Assembly: GCF_963676685.1 (NCBI RefSeq)
Contig: NC_092354.1
Location: forward strand, 71,796,001 to 71,860,000
Direction of reading: 5' to 3'
Source: Mytilus edulis
Taxonomy: Eukaryota
Length of the DNA stretch: 64,000 nt
Shown here: positions 25,982 to 38,495 of the stretch, piece by piece
Layout: each line of letters starts with the position of its first letter
How positions within the stretch are numbered: position 1 is the first letter of the stretch
Position numbers and translations under genes: made by a program
Notes under the pieces: generated by a model
Told to the model about the DNA's origin: nothing
The model's database searches: none
The model's input: the letters and a program-made list of their open reading frames with translations, nothing else

Positions 25982-27313
25982 TTCTCATTTACTTTATAAC
26001 TATGTGTAGTTAAAAACAGTATCAAAACTGTCTCCATGACAAATTCATTGTTTATTATCACATGTTGGTTACTATTTAGCTTGGCGTACAATATTAATCA
26101 ATGTTTAATCTGAAAAAGCTACTTTCAGAATCCAAATTAAAACGTTGAAATATTTTTTCACCTTATCATATGTAAATATTATTCACTTAAATGGGAGAAA
26201 ATGTCAATTCTAACATTGTTATTGACTATTCTTCTAATGTACATTTAGTTACATCCATATTATTTATATAATGGTAGTAGGTAATAATAACAATATAAAT
26301 AAGTGGAAGTGGTTTGACATTTCATGTTGAAGAATCTTTGTTTAGAATTATTGCTAAAATGTCAATTATTGCCGTCCCAATATTAGATACAGCAAACAAT
26401 TTCAAAACCGATTAAACTTTAACATGTCTAAAAAAATTAATGGTGATAGACATGAAAGAGACAATGAAGATACGTAGGAGATAATCAAATTCGTTCTTAT
26501 GGTGTACTGTTATACCACTGTATGAACTGATTTTGACATAAATACATACTTTTTTCTGCAAGATAGCAATGTGCATTTAATATATTAAAGATGTAAATTA
26601 TAAAATTAAGAAAATAATAATTGTTATATGCATATTCCAAAATATACAATACTTAACGTTAAACACGCGTCACGTCGAAATGAAATAGTCGACGAAGTCT
26701 GATATATCAAAGTTGATATTGGTATTCAAAATATTTTGTTGACATGCGCTAAAATAAACTTTCAAAAAATGATAGTATCGCCCTTTACCAAAATTTTGTT
26801 GTTTTGTCATTGATAAAGCATGGTGGAAAATGAGCAAGACGGAAAAATAGTGAAATACAGTGTGCCTCTATCTGCAGATACATAAGATTGTAAGGCTTTA
26901 TAAAGAATTTAGGACTAAACTCCTGGTCTTTGAAGTTTTTGTTTTTTAACATTGTTGAGCTGGAGTATGTCATGGTATTACTTTACTTTGAGCATTTTCC
27001 TTTTATATATTGATTAGTATGTAATGCAAATTTCAAATGTCGTGGAGTAAATATTCAGCAATAAATTCTCCTTAATGCCCGTTATCAAAATCTAAAATTG
27101 TGATTTTATTCGAATTATTGCTCATCAAGACTAATGATGCATAGACAGAATTGATAGGATAGATGATTTGTATCATTTAACCTTTATGAAAATTGTATGA
27201 GATGATCTGAATTGGTCATTTAACAACAAAATAGAGTAATTGAAATTTGACTTTAATGTTAGTATTTTATCATATCAATGCGCTGGATAACTCGTTGGAC
27301 AGATTCGAAAATC

Positions 27314-30300
27314 ATGTTGAATATTTGGTACCTATTGGTTTGCATTGGTTTGCAGTTTGGGATAGGAAAAGGTATAGATACTTAATAAGGTTTTATTTCT
27401 GTTTTTGAACTTTCACTTATACTTCATGTTATATTTAACAAGTGTTTAATATATACATCCTAAAGGTCATTCTCCTGTCGTTTACCATACAGTAGGGAAA
27501 GAAGACATTGATAATTTTCTCGATGTTAAATATAATAAGTATATGAACTTATCGTTTCAATGAGAATCATTTAAAAATGAAATATAGTTTTACGGGTTGG
27601 CAAAGTAATCGATGGGTAGTACCGACATGTTTACACGATAGTTGCTATATACATTTTAATGCATATTATAAACAAATTAAACATTTTCGAAGTTAACCTA
27701 CAAGTTCAGTTATTGTACTGAAAAACGTATTTCAATGACTCAGGTAAAAGTAGAGCTTAAAAATACAAAGACTGACACTTGTTGTTGGAAAATGTATATT
27801 CACTTCTTGATGTTTTTATTAGTTGGAGTCTATTTTTTTTGCTATGACGTATATCCATTATCCTTTTATTCATTTTGATTTGCACTAAGGTGAGGAATGT
27901 CCTACACGTGGTACGACAAAACAGATGCGATGTAAGAATGGTAACTGTATACCAATAGAGTGGAAATGTGACGGAGAACGAGACTGTGGACCACATGATA
28001 ATACGGATGAAGCTAATTGTAAACTTTTAGGTGAGTTAATATAACCTACTTGGAACACTTTTCCCTAATCCCGAATTTCTAGCTTAGTAAGATCGTTTAA
28101 TCAAATGAACCTACTAAAACTATTGTAAGACAAAACATCGAGAAGGTTACCTTACAGTTCAGTTTCTATACTGCAATTATGACAACGTTTAAACATTATT
28201 TCTCGACTTTTCAAGGCTCGGGTTGATTTAGAGCTTGAAATATTGCGTTGAATTACACCTGTTGTTGTAGAATGTATATTGTCTTCCATATGTATTTATT
28301 GTTAGTGTTGATTTCGTTGCTGTCTCATTCACGTATACCCTATATCATTTAATCATTTTGATTTGCACTAAGGTGAGGAATGTCCTACACGTGGTACGAC
28401 AAAACAGATGCGATGTAAGAATCGTAACTGTATACCAATAGAGTGGACATGTGACGGAGAACGAGACTGTGGACCACATGATAATACGGATGAAGCAAAT
28501 TGTAAACTTTTAGGTGAGTTAATATTACCTATTTGGAACACTTTTCCCTAATCCGAATTTCTAGCTTAGTAAGATCATTTAATCAAACTATTGTTAGACA
28601 AAACATCAAGAAGCGGTATTTTTGCAGTTAACATTTTGTCATACGAATGTTTGCAATTAAATTGAACTCCGAGTCATACATTGTCGTGAGCAACCCAAGC
28701 TTGAATTGTAATGAGCTTTATTTTGAAAATTCTTTCATACCCATTACTTAACAATTCAAATCAGATGAAACAAAATAACAGTTTTGAATTAATTAAACCA
28801 TGGTATCCGGACGAACAGGCACAGTAAAACAACACAATAACATGCATATGTATGCCGACTGATTAAAACGTTCTGATACATTTCTAATTGTATTGCTTAT
28901 GGTTAAGTTGTACATGTTAAGAACTAGAACCTGGTTAGTTATTTGCCATTCTTTAGGTTTTTTATCTTGGGATTGATATACAAACGGTTACTAGACAATA
29001 GGCTCAATAAAACATATACTAGTTGTAAGTAAATGTCAACTCCAGGAAATCACTGCTGTATTATGTTTGATACGTGGCACATACTTATAACTTTCATATA
29101 TCTCATCCAGATGATAACTGTGCAAAGAATCCCGGTAGATATTTTCGGTGTGAGCTATCTGGTTCCTGTATTCCTAAGCAATGGCGATGTGATGGAAACA
29201 GTGACTGTGGACCAGGTGATAGCACAGATGAAAACAGTTGTAGTGAATTATTAGGTAGGAGTTGGTTCAAATTTGCTCTTTCAGCCTATTGTACCAAAGC
29301 TTGACATATGACGCCGATTCATATGCATATCAGTTCTTACATAAATACTGTCGTTTGGTGTGTTTGAGCTTTTGATTTTGCCAACTTTGGCAGTTAGGTA
29401 TTTTTGTTATAAATTTTGATGAACACGACTGTTTCGTTGAAGGTAAGCATGTTACTATTGCATCAATACACGTTCGATCGGAAATATGACAGAGAAAATG
29501 TACGTATCATGCACTACGGAATCAACTTTTCGTAACCAAATATTACGTAAAATATAGAGATGAAATGGGGAATATGTCAAACAGTCAAAAACCCTACAAA
29601 ATAGCAGATAACAGCCGAAGATTACATATATAAGGAAATGAAACTAAAAATCACACAAGATAAACAAATGACAGAGGATTTGGCTTCGGACAGGAGTGAA
29701 AATGCTGCGGGGTTAACATGTTTATTGAGATCTCAACCCTCACCCTATACCTCTTTATAATTTCGGATTTTTTTTAACAATAGACACAAGTAGCTGATAA
29801 ATTATTTTGATAATCAGAAATGATTTCTATATCTTAGTTACCCTGGACTTGTGAGATATAACACATCAACATTCATGTTGCTCATATCGAATATAAAAAG
29901 TAACTTACAAGTTGGTTTCATTCATAGCGAAAGATGCGTGCGACGCTAAAACCAGCTTCCGTTGTTCTGTCAGTAATGATTGCATATACAAAGGATGGAA
30001 GTGTGATGGTGAATTTGATTGTGGAGCAGACGATACGTCAGATGAGAATGATTGTGATGCAGGTTAGATTCACAACAGCATTTCAAATTCAAAGTTTCAT
30101 TCTATGTTATCATTTCAAAAGTATACAAAACGTTATGAATGATTTAAAAGAGGGACGAAATATACCAAAGGGAGAGTCAAACTCATAGATAGAAAATAAA
30201 CTGACAACGCCATTGCTAAAAATAAAAAAGACAAACAGAAAAATAATAGTACAGAAGACACAACATAGAAAACTGAAGAATAAGCAACACAAACCACCAA

Positions 30301-32577
30301 AATCTTGGGGGGATTTCATGTGCTCCGGAAAACGTACTAAACAATGGACTTTCCACCAATGACGTAACGTTATTTTCATCATGGTGTAGGATCATTGAGA
30401 ATACCCATATTTTTTATATTATAAAAAATGCGAGTTGAATTTTCAACCCTTATCTCCTTTTATAAACCTAAAGGAAAGAAAATACCAAACTATTGTGTGG
30501 TTTAAATATTTGAAATTTGAAAAGATTCTTTTAAAAAGCTGACAGTAGTTATTCACAACTACTTTTCAAATGCGATCTAGAAATATAACGGCAATTGTAA
30601 GGTTATTTTTTGCCTTAATGACATTTTTTTTTAGGGTGACAGAAGAACTGACGATTCTCTGTTTTTAAATCAGTCATCTGTATCTATTGTCCATTCCATA
30701 TCAGTTTGACAAGTAGTTAAATTGTCTTCCATTTGTGAATAGATACGAACACAATAGAATAGACTATCGAAAAACATCAGTAGCAATAGATGACACCCAA
30801 ACTCTTTTTACACAAAAATTAGTAGATTATAGTCTTTATATCAGTTCATATGCCTATTTCAAAATCAATTTACACTTAAGCTTGTTTGAACTAAAAGTAT
30901 TTTTTAACACATACATTTCAAAAGCAAGGGTCCATTTTGATATTAATAAAATAACAAAAAAAATTGATATCAACTTTTAACTTTGAATCAGGGATTTTAT
31001 AAAATTTTTAGCACTTATTTCAGTGAATTTATAACATCCTAACCTATTTGAGGGCTTTTACTACATCCATGAGATTTAAATTTCACTGTTGTATACACCA
31101 GTACAAAATCACTATAACTGTTAGTGATTTTACAAAACCGCTAATTATTCCAGGGAATTTTACATAATCACTGGTTTACAAATTCATCGTAAAATGTACA
31201 CATATGTTAAAGGGCCACTAGCTACGAGATATATACAAAATCTAAAGTGTTTTTTTTTGTTCAATCAATAATGAATGTGAAATAGTGAAATAACAATTCG
31301 CTTTTTGCAGTCAAAAAGGTTCAATCTTGTCAAATTACGCTAAGAAACATTGATAATTAGTTATTACCTTGCAAGTGAATGAGTCAACCTCTTTAAATCC
31401 GTATTCATGTGAAATTCAATTTAACCCCTAGCTAGAGATTGACAACGCATGCATTGTACGTGTACTGATTATTTAAAGATAAAGAATGTCATCAATGAAA
31501 GTGAAACTACAGTAATTCATTTGATTACTAGTTCGATGCACATAAAATCATTCTTATACGGTTAAAAGCAATGAGAAACATCAATTTTTAATATATAAAA
31601 TAAAATCAAACAGACCTATAAAAATCCAATTCCACGTGCTGGTTTAATATCTTTATTTAGGTTTACATCGCCTATATGGTCATTAGAGGACAAATCGATA
31701 GTTAATTAGATGGCGTCTGGACTAAAAAACACACGAAACGAACCTATATAGTATCTACCCCATGCTCTGTACACTGTTTATTTTAGACTTCGGATAGTTT
31801 TGATAAATGTTTTACATAGTTATAAATGAAATATGAGAATTTGAGTCAAATCGGTGACCATGAATTTGACAGTTAGTGCCCCTTTAATAAATTATTAAAA
31901 CGTAACACACAAGTTTATATTCGTCTAAACAAAACCATGAATGTATTCGCTGTAATTCGAATAACTCAAATCTGAACACATTCTCAGAAAAGACATGACC
32001 AGTGAGAGGTCTATCAAGTAATAAAAGCAGGATTTATTCACATGTTTATACATGACGAATGTATGTTTCAAGCCAAGAGTTCGCCAGCTGTTTTAAATTA
32101 AAATGCTCTAGACTAAAAGTTTTTTTTATTTTCCATTTTTCTTAAACGACTTTTCTATTTTTATTTTTATTGAGTTTCGGTATTTTATAAATATGCGTTT
32201 TTTAATCATTGCTTTTTTGAACAAATTGAATATTTTTTTGATACAATAAGATTATTACAAATGTATGAACCAAACAAGAGTGTTTTATAGCAATATATTG
32301 CAATAAACATTTTGTTAGCCTGTATCAGTTAAAACCTGAAGGCCGATATATGGGAGTCTCAGGATGATACCAGGGTCAATATGGAAAAGGGCATGTTGAA
32401 ATCTATACGTATATGTTATGCACTTGATATATTATTTGTTTTTCATTGGTAGATTTTTGCAGTTATAAAGAATATGAATGTAAGTCTGGAGAATGCATTC
32501 CTTTAAATTGGACATGTGATAAGGAATACGACTGTTCTGATGGGTCAGATGAAAGCAAGGCTATCTGCACACTCTAA
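27314..32577 (+). CDS. Secreted protein: signal peptide plus 5 LDLa modules (module 1 duplicated), ~247 aa (plus gene B)
   Basis: Exons 27314-27371 ([19 protein letters not shown]), 27890-28030, 28373-28513, 29111-29254, 29928-30062, 32453-32577 (..DESKAICTL*). All introns GT-AG, phase 1, no stops. Confidence 0.85.
31211..31883. mobile_element. Kolobok-like MITE
   Basis: TIR AGGG(C/G)CACTA..TAGTGCCCCT with a perfect TTAA target duplication (31207-31210 and 31884-31887). Confidence 0.8.
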
Positions 32578-33894
32578 ATTGACTCTTTTCTTACACATAA
32601 TTTAATAAAAAGGAATATAATGTAGTACATGTATAATTGATATTCAATATTGATTTGTGACATAATAGCCTTATTCATCAAGTTTAGTATAGACAATGAA
32701 ATAAAACTATGATTAAGTGAAACTCATTATTCCCATTGCGAAACACCTATATTTAGTGTCCTTAAAAGAACATATCCACTTGGTACGATTGAAAAAGCAT
32801 GCCCTCTGTTCTTCGAAAAACTAGTCCCTGAGTGATATAAGTAGTCAAAATACATAATAAGCGCCAAAGTTTGATGCTTTCCTACTAAAGTTCAGTGTTT
32901 ATCTACAGGCAATCTGGCCTTCTACTTACAAAACGAACAACATGACAACGAATGTAGTAAATGCATGCAATCTATACTTGAAGTACTACACATGTGGTGT
33001 TAAATTGACTATACATTTTTTGATTTGCTGAAAAATATGTAATTTTGCTGGATCTGTTTTTGTCGATATTCTGTGGAGGTGCATGGCATATGGTTTATGT
33101 GTTATACTGCTTGTAACGACACATAACATATGGGCCTCTATCTAGCAGAGTGACTTTCTGTATCGCTGGTTGAAACACCAAAAGAAAAAGAAACACCAAT
33201 AAAAAAAGACGTGTAGTATTTGCCCGTAAGACAGCCACCTACAGGCACATAGTATTCTTCAACAAACGCGTGCTTATTCATTCTGTTTTGTTCTTGATTC
33301 TTGATTGTGTATAGTACCTTACGGTAAACTATCGGAATATATATAATATATAACAAAAAACTAATATTAATAGTAAGCTCAAAGTACATAGTATGTTCTA
33401 GATATATCTTGTTGGTCTGCACTCTAATATCGGTTGTTGAACCTGATTGATTTATATAAAATCGAAAGGTCTTTCGTTAAAAGATTTCGAGTTGTAATCA
33501 ATCCAGTTGAAATCTTTTGGGTCTAATGACTAGTCATCAATCCAACAAGAACAGTACACAAACCATTACCAAAAACAAAATACAAAAAAAAAAGCAAGTG
33601 CTGCTGTAATGGTATTAGATATAATTTCTTTTGCCGTTATGTTTAGTTCTTATACACCAATTGTTAATCGCAAAACATAAATCAATACTTAAAGCAGAAC
33701 TAGCTATATTTATTTTTTCGTGGTATTATTCACATCATGTATAATGGTATGAATATGATAATGCTATAATTATCCAAATAATATATTAGAACATTTACTA
33801 ATACAAACTTAAAAAAAGGCAAGTAGTTGTACTTCCAAAGAAATGTATTTTATGACAGTGTTCTTCAATGATATAAGTATTCATTAAAGCATCT

Positions 33895-36437
33895 TCATGA
33901 ATTTGAGCATCCTTCTTCATCTGACTGATCACCAGCCCCGCAATCTAACTCTCCATCACATTTCCATTTCAATATTATACACCTTCCACTTGCTGTACAC
34001 CGGAAGTGATTATCTGGATCAAGATCACAGTAGTCTGCAAATATGAAAAATAAAACTATAAAATATAACATACTTAATGCTATAACGATTTATGGATAAA
34101 GGACTTAATGGTCGGTAATGATCATACCAAAAAGCAAGTTCCCACAGTGTTCAACTACCAACACTGCGGGTGGTATGAGTGCCAATGAGACAACTCTCCA
34201 TCCAAATAACAATTTATAAAAGTAAACCAGTTTGCTATACCATGACTATCGATGTTGCAGTAACGTATTCGACTTGGTACAATAATTAGAATCATAATTG
34301 CGGTCATCCAGTAATAAACATAAAATTTATAAATATTTTTTAGAAATGAAAATAGATAACATGAATAAGTTACAAAACGTTAGTACCTGAAACGAATTTC
34401 GGGATTAAGATTCAACAGGAATGTTTCACAAAGTTTAAACCAATTATATGTAACTAAATAAATGCTCCAGAGGGTAAGCAGATCCTGCTCTACCTGTGTC
34501 ACAGATCGCACTGTACATGTTCAAACAAACAAAATCGCAGTAATGAATCGCTTTCGTTAATGTCACAGTCAGGAGATGATAACAATTTCGAGTAGATAAA
34601 AGAGCACACAATGATACATGAGCTATGATAGATTCACACTTTCGTTTAAAACATCAAGTTTTTATATTTGAGTAATATTTTATTTGTTAACACTATAAAT
34701 CTAAAGATATATTGTTAACTTGTACCTTACCTTTGCCTTCACATTGGATCTCGTCAGAGTTATCAGAGCAGTCTGGAACTCCATCACACAACCATCTTTG
34801 AGGAATGCACCTCCCACATTCACACCTAAATCCGGAGCATTGACCTATAGATGATAAATTGATGAATAATGTATGTCATTGCTATAATATGGATAAACAT
34901 GGATTATAAAGTAACTACACTATTACTAAACTTTCTTATTTTATACAAAATCTCAAAATATTTCATACTAATGAAATTTAGAATACGAATTTTGTAAACC
35001 ATCTCTGTGGTGGATCCAAGATATCGGGTCAAGCAATTGGTTCTTCAATCAATTTTGGATTGGGACACTCGTTTTTAAAATTGCTGGATTTGGCACTGGA
35101 TCTTTTATGTTTGGTAATACATATCTATCAGTTCATCGTAGAGTATATTTTAAACAAGTTTCCTTTTGACAAAAAAAATAGTCTGTAACTAACATTACAA
35201 TTTAAACCAAATGCAGAAGATAGTAGATAGAACATTATAGATGTAAAAGGATCGGTTTAAACAAACAACTAAATAATCAGTACGCACGATATGCCATCCC
35301 TACTACATTATATAGAATAAATCATTATTAATGAACAAAATTACCACAGAGATGTCTATTGTCCTCGTCTGAAGTATCATCTAAGCCGCAGTCTTTATCA
35401 CCGTCACATCTCCAACTCGATGGTATACATCTACAGTTTTTGCATTGAAAATACCCACTTGGACATGATGTACATATAGTTTCGTCTGTTATGTCTGCAA
35501 ACATATACATATACATACATTTTTTTTTTAAATTCTGACCTCTGCTGTCCAACAGCTTTCGAACATTTATTCAATATATTAGTGATACAAATTATTAAGA
35601 GGAACACAAAAACAAATATGCCAATAGACAGAAAGAGACAGAAAAACAAACATAAACAAAAGTGTTCAAAGAAAACTACAGATTAAGACGCAAGGACCCC
35701 ATCCAAGATGAGGGACAACATAAATGTTCATATTATCATGATCACGGAAAACAAACATTCGTTGATACTTACAATGAAAAGGGAACAGGACTCTGGTAAA
35801 AGAACATATGCATGGTTATCAGGTAATCCATATTGGTCATCAAAATCATGTTGGTATCACCAGTAGTGTATAACCATATATAATGTATGTATAATGAGCC
35901 GAGCTCTATATTGTCCTTGTTCAAGTGAAGTTGGTTATAAATCTTCTAAAACAATACTGATTTTGCAGTGCATCACATCATCTGAATTCCTTATTGCCAA
36001 AGATATCAACTCATACACGAAGATTTGATCATCGTAATGTCCGACGGGGTATATAGTCTTGCACAGGCACATTCAGATGTTTACATTTTAAGACGTCAGG
36101 ATTGAATGAGGCAGAAATCCATCTGCAAAATTAAACTTTCAATTAAAGTTACCCCTCCGTTTTTTCTAGTTCAGATGGAAAGTAAATGTCACAAGTTTTT
36201 GATCAGTTGAGTTTATTCGGGTACATGGTCGGCCTTTATAATTTGCATCAATTAAAAGAAGTGGGCTGCATGATTTGTTCAAGCCCAAGTCTTATGAGTA
36301 ACGCTTGCTATTATTGTTTAGGTTTTTTCTGACGAAATACGAATTAAAGTTAAGAATCACTTACCTTGCACCACAACTGAACAATGAAGCGGTATGCCAA
36401 AATGGAATACTAAAATGAAAATCGAATGATAGTTCAT
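33895..36437 (-). CDS. Secreted protein: signal peptide plus 3 LDLa modules, ~158 aa (minus gene B)
   Basis: Exons 36437-36365, 35494-35345, 34844-34731, 34034-33895 (..[22 protein letters not shown]). Same exon lengths and phases as minus gene A. Confidence 0.88.
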
Positions 36438-37591
36438 TTCTCATATACTTTGTAACTACGTGTAGTTAAAAACAGTATCAAAACTTTCTCCATGACAAAT
36501 TCATTGTTTATTATCACATGCTGGTTACTAGTTAGCTTGGCGTACACTATTAATCAATGTTTAATTTGAAAAGCTACTTTCAGAATTCAAAATAAAACGT
36601 TGAATTATTTGTTCACCTTATCATATGTAAATGTTATTCACTTAAATGGGAGAAAATGTCAATTCTAACATTGTTATTGACTATTCTTCTAATGTACATT
36701 TAGTAACATCCATATTATTAATATAATGGTAGTAGGTAATAATAACAATATAAATATGTGGAAGTGGTTTGACATTTCATGTTGAAGAATCTTTGTTTAG
36801 AATTATTGCTAAAATGTCAATTATTGCCGTCCCAATATTAGATACAGCAAACAATTTCAAAACCCATTAAACTTTAACATGTTTAAAATAATTGATGACC
36901 TGAAAGAGACAATGAAGATAGCGTTTATAGCATCAGTGATAGTTGAGGTAATATGGGTCGCTGTTTATAAAAAAAATAAAAAAATTGATTATTATGTTCA
37001 ATATTACTTTGATATATAACTAGTATATTACTTTTATATATTATTGTTATAGAAAAAAAACCATCCTCAATTAATGTTGGATGCACTCGGTTATTCTAAT
37101 AAATTTGTATAATATATGCCATTTATCAATAAAATGTTATCATGATTGGAAATCCTTTTGGTTATCCTAAAGTAACTGTATACTGTGTTTTGGTCTTAAG
37201 AGTGTCCATAACTTAACACTAACTCTGTTATTGTCTCAACCAAACATTCAATTCTTTAAGTGGACTGTTTTGAACACATATTTTATACCACAATTTAGTC
37301 AGCATGAAATGAATTTGTTTGTAATTGACAATTATAATTCATTTGATTACTTTGTTTAAATATTTGTGCAACTTCATGCAAATGTAAACACTATTTTGAT
37401 TATTTCTCAATCAAAGCAAAAATGCGTCAACTACTAAAAGCAAGTTTTTTCCCAAATGAAGCAAGTTAACTATATCTTTTCGTTTATCATGTTTATAGTC
37501 TTTTCATGAAAAGAATGCTAAATGTGAACAAAGATGTATTAAAAAAAAGTAATGGCCATTTGTAATCAGATAATAAACTTGTGACATTGTT

Positions 37592-37592
<1 letters not shown>

Positions 37593-37627
<35 letters not shown>
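37593..37627. repeat. (TA)n microsatellite
   Basis: Uninterrupted AT dinucleotide run. Confidence 0.95.
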
Positions 37628-37630
<3 letters not shown>

Positions 37631-38495
37631 ATTTGTTTCAGCTCTGTCGATTTACAAGACAACTCTTGAACGTGTACCGAAAACGTACTAAATAGTCTGC
37701 ATTAAAACAATTTAAACTCTGAATTGCTGAGTTGTGCTCAGTTTTCCATATTTTGCGGAGTCCTGTATGGAATTCGCTTGAATATGATTTAATAGGTATA
37801 TGCCTTGGTAAAATATAACCAAATACATTGAGAATATATATCACTTTTTTATTATTGTTAATATTTGTACGTTATGTAATTTATTTTTGTACATTATATA
37901 TTGAACTATATTCGGTTAATCATATCGATGCACTTTACTAGCCAGCAAAATGCCGCCTAATTAAATCTATGTCTATATTTCAATTATATCAAGGTCAATT
38001 ACTAATAACCTTATAAACATATTTGATAGACTTCACCTCGTTTTTGCTAACAAAACAGTTATACTCTACAAAAATTAAGGCGTGATATATCAGCTACACA
38101 GCATTTATGTTTAAGTGATAGCAGATTTTGGTATTTACAAATGTACCTAGATAATTTTGTCAATTTAGTTTCAGCAGCTATACGTTTGATCGATAACTTG
38201 TACTCTTTACATCGCCATAAAACATGACATCACCATTTTAATAAAAGGTTTTCTCAGTAAGAAACATGTAAATAGAGGAAAATATTTAGACATCAAGGGA
38301 ATAGTAGTACTGCAATAAGTGTTATGATATATTTTCCTAAGATCATTATCAAAATATGTAACTTTTATTCTTACAACATAACTTTGTAAACCATTCGTTA
38401 CCTATTTGAATGATTTGCTACAAGAGTAAAGGGAACCTGAAGCTGATAAAGTTTACATCCAGTGCATCGTGAATGAATAGGTGTTGAGTTTTAAC

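Larger units (their letters stand above)
15267..26472. repeat. Segmental tandem duplication, copy A (paralogous to 28143-36920)
   Basis: Colinear, highly similar exons, introns and intergenic DNA from AAGGTTACCTTACAG to GAAAGAGACAATGAAGATA, with several large indels. Confidence 0.92.
28143..36920. repeat. Segmental tandem duplication, copy B
   Basis: Colinear with 15267-26472. Lacks A's ~19995-22523 segment and retains the full MITE that is half-deleted in A. Confidence 0.92.

Noticed and set aside
14228-32577. Fragments of a large LRP/megalin-type receptor
   Set aside because: Each unit has its own signal-peptide exon and terminal stop; no EGF, YWTD or TM exons found.
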